Source: Nitrospira sp. (GTDB taxonomy: Bacteria > Nitrospirota > Nitrospiria > Nitrospirales > Nitrospiraceae). From it: 64,000 nt of DNA. The stretch's first letter is position 1. Each line of letters starts with the position of its first letter. The translations under genes and the position numbers were made by a program. Shown piece by piece: positions 38,299 through 47,844 of this stretch. The notes beneath the pieces were generated by a model, which had not been told where the DNA came from, searched no databases, and saw only the letters and a list, made by a program, of their open reading frames with translations. The stretch lies in the NCBI GenBank assembly GCA_047150005.1, contig AP038806.1, positions 3,584,001 through 3,648,000 on the forward strand, given 5' to 3'.

Positions 38299-38829
38299 AT
38301 GGCAGTGCTTCCCATCGCAAAACTCGGCAATCCGATCCTGCGCAAGGTCGCGGTTCCGGTAGATGTCCGCGAGATCCACACCAAGGAATTCCAGCAGCTG
38401 ATCGACGACCTGTTCGAAACCATGCTGGAGGAGCCCGGCATCGGTTTGGCTGCTCCCCAAGTCTCCCGTTCGATCCAATTGGTCGTGATGGGATGCGAAG
38501 GGGAGGGGGGATTTCCTGAGACGACCTTGATCAATCCCAAAATCGTCTATTACGGCCCGCAACAAGCCGAAAATTGGGAAGGCTGCCTGAGCGTCGACGG
38601 TCTGCGCGGCAAGGTAATCAGGCCCTCGGTCATCCGAGTTCAAGCCCTGGACCGCGACGGCAAGACCGTCGACATCGAAGCGGACGGGCTGTACGCCGTT
38701 TGCATCCAACATGAAAGCGACCATCTCATCGGCAAACTGTTCCTGGATCGGATGACGGACCTGTCCACGCTCACGCAACTGACGGAATTCGACAAGTACT
38801 GGCGGAAGGAACCGACTCCGGTCATCTGA
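38299..38829 (+). CDS. def: Peptide deformylase
   Basis: GIGLAAPQ, EGCLS, QHESDHLIG. Confidence 0.97.
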   Translation: MAVLPIAKLGNPILRKVAVPVDVREIHTKEFQQLIDDLFETMLEEPGIGLAAPQVSRSIQLVVMGCEGEGGFPETTLINPKIVYYGPQQAENWEGCLSVDGLRGKVIRPSVIRVQALDRDGKTVDIEADGLYAVCIQHESDHLIGKLFLDRMTDLSTLTQLTEFDKYWRKEPTPVI

Positions 38830-38871
38830 ACGGTCCATCCCCGGCCTTGGCCTTGACCCTGGCAAATCGTT

Positions 38872-40596
38872 GTGAAATCCCTCTTGCGTGTCCTACAGTA
38901 TCTGCGGCCTCATCGCGGCCTGGCGGCCGCCACGTTGCTGTGCGCCTTGTGCGCCACCGCCATGGAATTGGTGCCGCCTTGGATCGTCAAGATCGTCATC
39001 GACGACGTGATTCAAGCCAAGCAGGAAGCGCTGCTTCCCTGGGCGCTCGCCGGGCTCGTGGCCGCCTATATCGGCAAGAACGTGTTTGCCTCCCTGCGGA
39101 TCCGATTGAACAACACCCTGGAACAGACCGTCGTGCACGAACTCCGCAGTCACCTCTTCGCGGCGGTCCAACGGCTCTCGGTCACATACTTCGAGAATCG
39201 CTCGACCGGCGAAATCATGTCGCGCTTGACGAACGACACCGAGCATGTGGAGCGCATCTTCATCGATGGAGTGGAAGCGGCGCTCACGGCCTCTCTGACG
39301 CTGATCGGCATCACGGTCATGCTCTTCGCGCTGAACTGGAAACTGGCGGTGCTGTCCCTGGTGCCGATTCCCTTCCTCATGTGGTCGGCCGGCCGATTCA
39401 CTACGAAGGTGCACGGGTTTTACCATGACATCCGCCAAGGCGCGGCCGAGATCAGCGGATACCTTCAGGACGCCCTCTCGGGTATCCGGGAGACCATGGG
39501 ATTCGGCAGACAGGCGCACGAGCAGGAGCGGTTCGACCGTCTGAGCCAAGCCTATAGCGCCGCCAATCTTAAGGCGATGTACCTGTGGTCTCTCTATTCA
39601 CCCGGCATGATTCTCGTGGGAAGCCTCGGCGCCGTGCTCATTCTCTGGTACGGAACGGGGGAGGTCTCGGCCGGACGATTGACCCTCGGCGAGCTGGTGC
39701 TCTTCCTCTCATACTTAAGCTTGTTCTATGTCCCCATCAATCAGATTCATTCCGTGAACCACCTGCTGCAACATGCTTTGGCGGCCAGCGATCGGGTCTT
39801 CGAGGTGCTGGATACGAAGCCCGAAGTGGCCGATGCGCCGGGTGCGTCGGCTCCGGCGCACAAGGCGCGCGGCGAGGTGCGGTTCGACCGCGTCGAGTTT
39901 CGGTACCGGCCGGATGTGTCGGTTCTGGACGGGTTGTCCGTCTCGGTCTCGGCCGGGGAACGCATCGCGTTGGTCGGGCCCAGCGGCGCCGGCAAGAGCA
40001 CCTTGCTCAAGTTGCTGATGCGGTTCTACGACGTCACGGGCGGTGCGGTGTTGATCGACGACCAGGACGTCAGGGACATGCCGCTCGATTATCTACGCCG
40101 CCAGATCGGCTACGTTCAGCAGGAGCCCTTTCTCTTCAACGGGACGGTACGAGAGAATATCCTCTACGGCGATTTGACGGCGACCGATGAGCGCATGGAA
40201 GCGGCGGCACGGGCGGCGCGGGCCCATGACTTCATCCTCGACCTTCCCGAGGGGTACGAAACCAGAATCGGAGAGCGAGGCGTGAAGCTCTCGGTCGGTC
40301 AAAAACAGCGGGTGTCGATCGCCCGGGTCCTGCTCAAGAATCCGCCGATCGTGATCTTCGACGAGGCCACCTCGAATATCGATACTGAAACAGAAGTGAA
40401 GATCCGCGAAGCCTTGAACGAATTGACCAAGGGACGCACCACCTTCATCATCGCGCATCGGCTGACGACGCTCCATGACGTGGATCGGATCTTGGTGATC
40501 GAGAGGGGGCGCCTCGTAGAGCAGGGAACTCACGCCAGGCTCATGGCGCAGGGCGGAGTCTACGCCGGGCTGTACGAAGCGCAGTTCCAGACATAG
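38872..40596 (+). CDS. ABC exporter, fused permease/ATPase (MsbA-like)
   Basis: TM domain, GPSGAGKST, LSVGQKQR, DEATS. Confidence 0.93.
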   Translation: MKSLLRVLQYLRPHRGLAAATLLCALCATAMELVPPWIVKIVIDDVIQAKQEALLPWALAGLVAAYIGKNVFASLRIRLNNTLEQTVVHELRSHLFAAVQRLSVTYFENRSTGEIMSRLTNDTEHVERIFIDGVEAALTASLTLIGITVMLFALNWKLAVLSLVPIPFLMWSAGRFTTKVHGFYHDIRQGAAEISGYLQDALSGIRETMGFGRQAHEQERFDRLSQAYSAANLKAMYLWSLYSPGMILVGSLGAVLILWYGTGEVSAGRLTLGELVLFLSYLSLFYVPINQIHSVNHLLQHALAASDRVFEVLDTKPEVADAPGASAPAHKARGEVRFDRVEFRYRPDVSVLDGLSVSVSAGERIALVGPSGAGKSTLLKLLMRFYDVTGGAVLIDDQDVRDMPLDYLRRQIGYVQQEPFLFNGTVRENILYGDLTATDERMEAAARAARAHDFILDLPEGYETRIGERGVKLSVGQKQRVSIARVLLKNPPIVIFDEATSNIDTETEVKIREALNELTKGRTTFIIAHRLTTLHDVDRILVIERGRLVEQGTHARLMAQGGVYAGLYEAQFQT

Positions 40597-40641
40597 CCCG
40601 GACCGCCCCCTCAGGCGTCGAGCCGACGCAACAGGAAGAAT

Positions 40642-40836
40642 ATGGTCTTGATCTACGAAAATGATCCGCTGGATAATGAGCATGCCCGAGGGCGGTTTTA
40701 TCACGTCTGTCGAGGGCGCGTGGACCGCACGGAACTTTCAATTCCACCGGTCGACCACCCACACGAATGTCCCGCCTGCGGCATCGATCTGGAAGCGGAG
40801 GATTTCTTCGTGGCCATGCAGAAGGGATCGGTTTAA
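40642..40836 (+). CDS. Small Cys/His protein
   Basis: HVC...CPACG; AGGA RBS. Confidence 0.6.
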   Translation: MVLIYENDPLDNEHARGRFYHVCRGRVDRTELSIPPVDHPHECPACGIDLEAEDFFVAMQKGSV

Positions 40837-41051
40837 TGGCGATGAGCGGGAGTGCAGGGCGGAAAACGATCTCGGTGGCGCGGGGACTGATGATGCTCTG
40901 CGACAGTTGTCACAGTCAGGTTCTGCTTGAGAAGCTGGTGGATCACAAGAACTTCGTCGCGGACCACGAAGCCCTGTTCGATACGATCTGCATGGGCTGC
41001 ACGGACATCAATCGTCCGTTGATCGACGACATGCTGGGAAGCTCGGAATAA
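40836..41051 (+). CDS. Small CxxC protein
   Basis: TAATG coupling; CDSCH...CMGC. Confidence 0.6.
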   Translation: MAMSGSAGRKTISVARGLMMLCDSCHSQVLLEKLVDHKNFVADHEALFDTICMGCTDINRPLIDDMLGSSE

Positions 41052-41081
41052 GAATAGTCGACTCTCTCGCCGGCTCGCCCA

Positions 41082-41408
41082 CTATTTGCAGCTCTTTCCG
41101 TCGAAATACATACAGGTTGACTCCCCGGATTTCACTTTCCACGTCTTGATCAGCGGCGGCTTTCCGTCACCGCGCATCTCTACGACGAAATCAACGAGTC
41201 CCGAGATCGGCAGCTTCTCCATGTGAGGCCATCCCGCTTCGGGCACCTCGATCCAGAACACCGACCCCAGTGTCGAAATGAGGATGCGATGGTTTTCAGG
41301 CTCAAGGTTGATGACGGGGCTGTAGAAGCTCTTGTCCTCGGCCAGCCCGGTGCTTTGCAGGATGAGAACCAGAAACCCGGCGAGAAGAATCGTACGCATG
41401 AACGGCAT
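41082..41408 (-). CDS. Exported hypothetical protein
   Basis: AAGGAG RBS, signal peptide, C-terminal Cys pair. Confidence 0.7.
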   Translation of the reverse strand: MPFMRTILLAGFLVLILQSTGLAEDKSFYSPVINLEPENHRILISTLGSVFWIEVPEAGWPHMEKLPISGLVDFVVEMRGDGKPPLIKTWKVKSGESTCMYFDGKSCK

Positions 41409-41553
41409 CACGATCGCTCCTTCCAATGAAAAGACATGATGAAAGGGCATTATCGCACCTGGGTCTTGAGAAGGAAACCGGAAATTCAGCGGTTCGAGAC
41501 GATAGGGTACCGGAACTCTCCCGGTGCGTGCCGTCGGTCTGTTGAGGCGGTCG

Positions 41554-42078
41554 TCAGGGGCCGGGCGAGAGCGTGGCCGGAGTGACGCGGCCTTGCTTGA
41601 TCCAATAGGCGCGGATGTCCGGATGAGCCTTATCTTGCAGTGAAATCAGCAGATACAGGGGCAGCGTGAGGTTCAAGCGCGCCCAGTTCTCTTCCCAGTC
41701 CTCGGCGATCTTGATATCCGTGATGGACGGACGGGCGGGATCATGGGGATGAGAATGATAGACCACTTGTAGCGTCAGGCCGTTGCTTCTGATGTCCTTG
41801 ACGGCCTGGAACATCTCTCTCGCATCCATGATGAAGGCGATCTCGGCGCGTTCTTCGGGAGAAAGCCGGGATAAGTGTTGGACCTTGGCTTCGTCGAAGG
41901 CCGCGGCATCGGCGGCGCCCTCGAGGCCGACGACATTCTTGATGCGGTACACGCGGCTGACGGTCTGCCCCGTGCCGGCCAGGAACCCGCAGCACTCATA
42001 GGGGTCCAGCGCCCGCGCGTGCTCCACGAGTTCATCGAGGATCGGCTGCGGAACGATCAGATCGGACACGATGACCAA
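41554..42078 (-). CDS. JAMM/M67 metallopeptidase (Mec-like)
   Basis: P.ECCG, YHSHP....RPS.TD. Confidence 0.92.
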   Translation of the reverse strand: MVIVSDLIVPQPILDELVEHARALDPYECCGFLAGTGQTVSRVYRIKNVVGLEGAADAAAFDEAKVQHLSRLSPEERAEIAFIMDAREMFQAVKDIRSNGLTLQVVYHSHPHDPARPSITDIKIAEDWEENWARLNLTLPLYLLISLQDKAHPDIRAYWIKQGRVTPATLSPGP

Positions 42079-42106
42079 TCGCCTCTCGTCCGTCTCGGTT
42101 GATCGG

Positions 42107-42910
42107 TTAAATCGTGCACGTGACCGTGTAGTCGGTGCTCAGATCGGTAATGGACGGGTTGGGACCGCAGAGGCGGCAGGCGGGATCCTTGGGGCGTCCG
42201 ACCTTGCGAAACTTCATTTCAAGGGCGTCGTAGATCAGCAGGCGGTCGGCGATGGTCTCGCCGATGTCGAGGATCTCCTTGATCGCTTCGGAAGCTTGCA
42301 GCACGCCCATGGTACCGGCCAAGACGCCGAGTACCCCGGCTTCCTGACAATTCGGGACCAAGCCGGCGGGCGGCGGCTCCGGATACAGACATCGGTAGCA
42401 GGGATAGCCGGCATGCGGCTTGATCGTCGTCAGCTGCCCCTCGAAGCGGAACATGCTGGCGGAGATCAACGTTTTCTTGGCGAAGAAGCAGGCGTCGTTT
42501 ACCAAAAATCGCGTCGCAAAGTTATCCGACCCGTCCAGCACGATATCGTATTCCTTGATCAGCGGCAGGATGTTGTCGGCGTCGACGAGCTGATGATATG
42601 TCTTGATCGAGATCTCCGGGTTGATCGCCGCCAAGGTGTTCCGGCCGGACTCGACCTTGGGCTGCCCGAGGCTGGCAGTGGAATGAAGGATCTGCCGCTG
42701 GAGATTGGAGAGATCGACCACGTCGCCGTCCACCAGCCCGATCGTGCCGATTCCCGCTGCGGCCAGATAGAGGGCGGCCGGTGAGCCGAGGCCTCCGGCG
42801 CCGATCAGCAGTACCCTGGCGCTGTTGAGCTTGAGCTGCCCTTTCCCTCCGACGTCTTGAAGGATGATATGCCGGCTATACCGTTGGACTTGCTGGTCGG
42901 TCAGTTCCAT
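42107..42910 (-). CDS. moeB: MoeB/ThiF-family E1-like adenylyltransferase
   Basis: RYSRH, GAGGLGS, SNLQRQ, CYRC, C..CG; no rhodanese domain. Confidence 0.9.
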   Translation of the reverse strand: MELTDQQVQRYSRHIILQDVGGKGQLKLNSARVLLIGAGGLGSPAALYLAAAGIGTIGLVDGDVVDLSNLQRQILHSTASLGQPKVESGRNTLAAINPEISIKTYHQLVDADNILPLIKEYDIVLDGSDNFATRFLVNDACFFAKKTLISASMFRFEGQLTTIKPHAGYPCYRCLYPEPPPAGLVPNCQEAGVLGVLAGTMGVLQASEAIKEILDIGETIADRLLIYDALEMKFRKVGRPKDPACRLCGPNPSITDLSTDYTVTCTI

Positions 42911-42950
42911 GATTGATCACACCTGCCTGGTGAATCGTGACGCCGTAAAA

Positions 42951-43190
42951 CTATTCCACGACGTTCAACTCGATCGGATCGACGACGACGCCCTTTTTGC
43001 GAAGCCCGTCGACCGCGCGTTCGATCTCGGCGGTCTCGCCGGTCAGCTCGAGATCCATCCACCCGGTCGTTTCACGGACATCGGCGCGCCGGACGTTCGT
43101 AACCACTTTGAACTCCCGGCCGATCTCATAGATGACGGGTTCCTTGATCTTCTCTTCCGGAAAACGGATGTGAAAGCGCATGTTGGACAT
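42951..43190 (-). CDS. NIL-domain protein
   Basis: EPVIY......V..NVRRADV....GW..LEL.G. Confidence 0.8.
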   Translation of the reverse strand: MSNMRFHIRFPEEKIKEPVIYEIGREFKVVTNVRRADVRETTGWMDLELTGETAEIERAVDGLRKKGVVVDPIELNVVE

Positions 43191-43192
43191 GG

Positions 43193-43465
43193 TCAACCTC
43201 CCGCGATGGCGGGCACGATGGACACTTCGTCGCCGTCGTTCAGCGACGTTTCTTTCCCCTTGAGAAACCGGATATCCTCTTCGTTGACATAGATATTGAC
43301 GAACCGCCGCAGCTCGCCGGTTTCATCGCAAAGCCTGTCTTTTAGTCCCGGATGGGCCTGATTCAGCGTGTCGATCATGGCCGCGATGTTGCCGGCCTGC
43401 GCCTCGACCTCACTTTTGCCTTTTGTTAACGGGCGGAGCGGAGTCGGAATGCGAACCTTAATCAT
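43193..43465 (-). CDS. MoaD/CysO-like ubiquitin-like sulfur carrier
   Basis: FVNIYVNEEDIRFL, ends PAIAGG. Confidence 0.92.
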   Translation of the reverse strand: MIKVRIPTPLRPLTKGKSEVEAQAGNIAAMIDTLNQAHPGLKDRLCDETGELRRFVNIYVNEEDIRFLKGKETSLNDGDEVSIVPAIAGG

Positions 43466-44709
43466 GCGTCACCACCATTTTTCCCCATCTTGAACGTCTT
43501 TTCAAAGGCCACCAAGCTCGGAGAAATCCGAACCGGGCGGCCCACGGCGTCAATCACGGCTTCCTGAGTCTTGAGACCGTTACCGGTAATATAGGCCACC
43601 GTGACGTCGGATTTCTTGATCGTGCCCTGTTTGACGAGCTTCCGCAGAACCCCGATCGTGACGCCGCCCGCCGTTTCGGCGAAAATGCCTTCGGTCTGGG
43701 CCAGCAGCTTGATGCCGTCCACCACTTCCTCGTCGGATACCATGTCCATGGCGCCCTTGCTTTCCGCCGTGGCTTTCAAGGCGTAGTAGCCGTCGGCCGG
43801 GTTGCCGATTGCCAGCGACTTGGCGATCGTCTTGGGTTTCACCGGCTTGAAAAAGTCCCGTCCGGCCTTGAACGCCGTCGAAATCGGCGAGCAGCCTTCC
43901 GCTTGAGCCCCGTTGATCCTGGTCCGGACCTCGTCGATGAGCCCGAGAGCCTTCATCTCATGGAGACCCTTCCAAATCTTGGTCAGGAGCGAGCCCGAGG
44001 CCATGGGAATCACGACCTGGTCCGGCGTGCGCCAGCCGAGCTGTTCGACCGTTTCGAACGCCAGCGTTTTCGACCCTTCCGCATAATACGGACGGATGTT
44101 GATGTTGACGAAGGCCCAGCCGTGCTCACCGGCGATTTCGCTGCACAGACGGTTGACGTCGTCGTAATTGCCCTCGATCTCGACCACATTGGGCTTGTAG
44201 ATCAGGTTGCCGAGCACCTTGGCCGCTTCCAAATCGCCGGGGATGAAGACGTAGCAGCGCATGCCCGCCGCGGCCGCGTGGGCCGCCACCGAATTGGCAA
44301 GATTGCCGGTCGAGGCGCAGGCCACGGTTTCGAAGCCCAACTCGCGCGCCCGCGTCAGCGCGACCGCGACGACACGATCCTTGAATGACAGGGTGGGGTG
44401 ATTCACCGTATCGTTCTTGATGTACAGCTCGTCCAGCCCGAGATAGGCCCCGAGATTCTTGGCCCGCACCAACGGCGTGAAGCCCGCATGAGGCCCGAGG
44501 AAGGCGGGGCCTTCCACCGGGAGCAGATCGGCATAGCGCCACATGCTGCGCGGTCCCGCCTCGATCTTCTGCCGCGACACGGTCTTCTTGATCTCGTCGT
44601 AGTTGTATTTCACTTCGAGCGGCCCGAAGCACATCTCGCAGACGTGGATCGCCTTGGTCGGATACTCCTTGCCGCACTCACGGCACGTCAACGCTTTCAT
44701 CTTGGCCAT
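43462..44709 (-). CDS. thrC: Threonine synthase
   Basis: PTLSFKDR, CASTGN, N-terminal CxxC pair. Confidence 0.88.
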   Translation of the reverse strand: MAKMKALTCRECGKEYPTKAIHVCEMCFGPLEVKYNYDEIKKTVSRQKIEAGPRSMWRYADLLPVEGPAFLGPHAGFTPLVRAKNLGAYLGLDELYIKNDTVNHPTLSFKDRVVAVALTRARELGFETVACASTGNLANSVAAHAAAAGMRCYVFIPGDLEAAKVLGNLIYKPNVVEIEGNYDDVNRLCSEIAGEHGWAFVNINIRPYYAEGSKTLAFETVEQLGWRTPDQVVIPMASGSLLTKIWKGLHEMKALGLIDEVRTRINGAQAEGCSPISTAFKAGRDFFKPVKPKTIAKSLAIGNPADGYYALKATAESKGAMDMVSDEEVVDGIKLLAQTEGIFAETAGGVTIGVLRKLVKQGTIKKSDVTVAYITGNGLKTQEAVIDAVGRPVRISPSLVAFEKTFKMGKNGGDA

Positions 44710-44736
44710 CGTGACACCACCTTCGACATTCTGTGG

Positions 44737-45549
44737 TTACGGTCTAACCGAACAGCCCGCGAATGGATCTCCGTCGTCGAACAACTCCGTGATCGTCGGA
44801 TGTTCGCCGCACAAGGCGCACGCGGGATTGCGCTTCACCTTGATCTCCCTGAACTGCGTCTTGCGCGCATCGTAATCGAGCAGGCGATCGGTCAACGGGC
44901 GACCGATGCCCAACACGAGTTTCAGCGCCTCCGTCGCCTGAATCGTTCCGATCACGCCGGCCAGCACGCCGATGACGCCAGCCTCCTGACAGGAGGCGAC
45001 CAACCCCGCCGGCGGGGGATTCTTGAACACACAACGGTAGCAGGCGGATTTTCGCGGCAGGATGGTCGTGACGCGCCCGTCGAAACGCAGGATCCCGCCG
45101 TGCACCAGCGGCTTGTCGGCAAAGAAACAGGCGTCGTTGATCAGGAACTTCGCCGTGAAGTTGTCCACGCCGTCGATCACCACGTCGTAGTCCTGGAAGA
45201 TCTTGATGGCATTACCCGCCGTCAACCGCTCTTCGTACATCGTCACGGCCACGTCGGGATTGAGGCCTTGGATCTTTTCCTTTCCCGACAGGACCTTGGG
45301 GCGTCCGACATCGGGCGTATGGTGGAGAATCTGGCGCTGGAGGTTCGTGATGTCCACCACATCGCTGTCGACCAGACCCAGCCTGCCGACTCCCGCCGCC
45401 GCCAGATAGAGGGCCGCTGGCGATCCGAGACCGCCGGCGCCGACCAGGAGGATCCGCGCCTTCGCGAGCTTCTTCTGGCCCTTCCCACCGACCTCCGGCA
45501 GAAGAATGTGGCGGCTGTATCGGTTGATTTGTTCTTCGGTGAATTCCAT
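44737..45549 (-). CDS. Second MoeB/ThiF-family E1-like adenylyltransferase
   Basis: Paralog of 42107-42910 with the same motifs. Confidence 0.9.
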   Translation of the reverse strand: MEFTEEQINRYSRHILLPEVGGKGQKKLAKARILLVGAGGLGSPAALYLAAAGVGRLGLVDSDVVDITNLQRQILHHTPDVGRPKVLSGKEKIQGLNPDVAVTMYEERLTAGNAIKIFQDYDVVIDGVDNFTAKFLINDACFFADKPLVHGGILRFDGRVTTILPRKSACYRCVFKNPPPAGLVASCQEAGVIGVLAGVIGTIQATEALKLVLGIGRPLTDRLLDYDARKTQFREIKVKRNPACALCGEHPTITELFDDGDPFAGCSVRP

Positions 45550-45618
45550 TGTATCGCTCGTCGTTCGTGACGCGTCGGAATTCGGACGAGATACGCTTCA
45601 CGACATCCGCTTCACGCG

Positions 45619-46542
45619 TCAGATATTAAAGTATTTTTCGATGCTGATGTAGCGCTCGCCCGTGTCGCACAGAATCGTCACCACGTTTTTCCCCGGCCCC
45701 AGCTCTTCCGCAATCTTCTGTGCGGCGAAGACATTGGCGCCGGCCGAAATCCCGACCAGGATCCCTTCCTGCTTGGAGATCCGCTTGGCCGTCTGATAGG
45801 CCTCGTCGTCCGTCACCGTCATCACGCGGTCGATCACCTTCCTGTTCAGCACCTTGGGAATGAACCCCGCTCCGATCCCTTGGATCTTATGGGGACCCGG
45901 TTCCCCCCCGGACAGGACAGGGGAGCCGGCTGGCTCGACGGCGACGACTTGGACGTTCGGATTACGCTCTTTGAAGACTTCTCCACACCCGGTGATCGTG
46001 CCCCCCGTCCCCACGGCCGCGACAAAGGCGTCGATCTTTCCGTCCATCGCCTCGAGAATCTCCAGAGCTGTCGTCATGCGGTGCATGGCCGGATTCGCAG
46101 GATTCGAAAATTGATCGGGCATGAAATACGACGGATTCTGTGCGAGCAAACTTTCCGCCTCGCGAATCGACCCCTTCATGCCTTCCCAGGCCGGAGTCAG
46201 CACGAGCTGGGCTCCGTACGACGACAACAAGCTTGCGCGCTCCATGCTCATGCTCTCCGGCATGACGAGAATGAGCTTATACCCCCGGACTGCGGAGATG
46301 AGAGCCAACCCGATGCCCGTGTTGCCGCTCGTCGGCTCGACGATCGTGCCGCCGGGCTTGAGCTTGCCTTGCCGTTCCGCCTCGTTGATCATATTGAGGC
46401 AGATTCGATCCTTGACACTGCCGCCCGGGTTGAAAAACTCGACCTTGCCGTAGATGGTCGCGCTGCCGGGTTTGCTCAGACGGTTCAGGCGCACGAGCGG
46501 CGTGTGCCCGATCGCCTCGGTGATCTCTTTGTGCAGGGGCAT
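45619..46542 (-). CDS. cysK: Cysteine synthase A
   Basis: NPGGSVKDR, PTSGNTG, GTGGT, HKIQGIGAGF. Confidence 0.96.
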   Translation of the reverse strand: MPLHKEITEAIGHTPLVRLNRLSKPGSATIYGKVEFFNPGGSVKDRICLNMINEAERQGKLKPGGTIVEPTSGNTGIGLALISAVRGYKLILVMPESMSMERASLLSSYGAQLVLTPAWEGMKGSIREAESLLAQNPSYFMPDQFSNPANPAMHRMTTALEILEAMDGKIDAFVAAVGTGGTITGCGEVFKERNPNVQVVAVEPAGSPVLSGGEPGPHKIQGIGAGFIPKVLNRKVIDRVMTVTDDEAYQTAKRISKQEGILVGISAGANVFAAQKIAEELGPGKNVVTILCDTGERYISIEKYFNI

Positions 46543-46544
46543 GA

Positions 46545-46745
46545 TCAACAACCGCCCCCCATATAGAACAGGAACTCGAGTCGGTCGCCTTCCTTCAGCG
46601 TCGTCGTGGCCAGTTGCGCCCGCTCGATCATGGCATCGTTGACTTCTACGGCCACCATCTGCGGCTCGATCTTCCTGGCTTGCAGCAGGTCCAAGATCGT
46701 TTCCCCGAATATCTCTTCGACCTTGCCGTTGATCTTGACTTGCAT
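46545..46745 (-). CDS. thiS: ThiS-like sulfur carrier
   Basis: AVEVN, GD.LE, ends MGGGC. Confidence 0.85.
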   Translation of the reverse strand: MQVKINGKVEEIFGETILDLLQARKIEPQMVAVEVNDAMIERAQLATTTLKEGDRLEFLFYMGGGC

Positions 46746-46897
46746 GAAATCTCCTAACTTGGCCCAGGGATTAAAGAATTTAGACAGACTAACAAACTGC
46801 CCGCACGAAAGTCAACGGAACGGAGCCCATAAGGTCGTTGCTTGACATTGCGGCGGATCCACCGCCACTATGCACGACTTCTCGAGAGGAGTGCGGC

Positions 46898-47275
46898 ATG
46901 TGGAAACGCAATTTCATGTTCCGGGCGAGCGACGCGACGCCGCTCAAGGAATCCGAGAATGAACTGTTCCATGAGACCGACCCGGCCATGGACAGCGCCG
47001 GTCTGCAGTTAGAGAAGTTTTTGTCGGTTTGGATTCAAGGCGACGGCGAAGACGACAGCCCGTCGGCGTACACCAACATGTATGTCAGGACTGCGACGCT
47101 GGATTTCCAGCGTCGCGTCGGGTTTTTGCAGCCGCTCCAGGGACGCACGCATCAGATCAAGCAATTGTTGACGCCGGGCCAGAAGCAATTCCTACGGGAA
47201 TGGCTCTCGAGCAACGCTCCCCATGCGTGGGCCTCGACCGACGACCACTTCAAGCTGCTGTTCGAACACGAATGA
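46898..47275 (+). CDS. Hypothetical protein
   Basis: GAGGAG RBS; ATGA overlap with the next gene. Confidence 0.75.
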   Translation: MWKRNFMFRASDATPLKESENELFHETDPAMDSAGLQLEKFLSVWIQGDGEDDSPSAYTNMYVRTATLDFQRRVGFLQPLQGRTHQIKQLLTPGQKQFLREWLSSNAPHAWASTDDHFKLLFEHE

Positions 47276-47838
47276 GCGGCCGCCCGGCTTCCAGTCTCAA
47301 CCGGAACAGATGTATCTTTGCGGCCTGTCTGCTGTGGGTTCTGCAGGGCCTATCCGGAGGTCAGACCGCCGGCGCCACCATCGAGATCTACTATGCTCCG
47401 GAAGAAACTCCGCTCGACCGGGTCGTGGCGCTCTATGACCAGGCCAGACGCTATATCTATGTGTCGGTCTATGGATTCACCTCGGCCCGCGCGGTGGAGG
47501 CGCTGGTGGCGGCCAGGAAACGGGGACTCGACGTGCGGCTGATTACGGACCAGGAGCGCACGCTCGACGTCAAGCAGCGGAGCGCGCTCCATACCCTCCG
47601 CCTTGCGGGCATTCCCATCCGCGTCAATCGGCACGACGGGTTGATGCATTTGAAACAGATCGTGATCGACGACGCCGTCAACACGTCCGGCTCCATGAAT
47701 CATACGACGAGCGGGAACCGATACAACGACGAACGCCTCGACGTCGTCACAGACCACGCGACGACGGTCAAGGCTCGTGAAAAATTCCTGGCGATGTGGA
47801 ACGATCGGGAACGGTTCGAACCCTGGGTTGAGGAATGA
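47272..47838 (+). CDS. Phospholipase D-family single-HKD protein (Nuc-like), exported
   Basis: HLKQIVID, GSMN, signal-like N-terminus. Confidence 0.85.
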   Translation: MSGRPASSLNRNRCIFAACLLWVLQGLSGGQTAGATIEIYYAPEETPLDRVVALYDQARRYIYVSVYGFTSARAVEALVAARKRGLDVRLITDQERTLDVKQRSALHTLRLAGIPIRVNRHDGLMHLKQIVIDDAVNTSGSMNHTTSGNRYNDERLDVVTDHATTVKAREKFLAMWNDRERFEPWVEE

Positions 47839-47844
47839 CGGGCC

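Noticed and set aside
45550..45618. Short GCTTCAC-type heptamer repeats
   Set aside because: Too short and irregular for a CRISPR or a defined element
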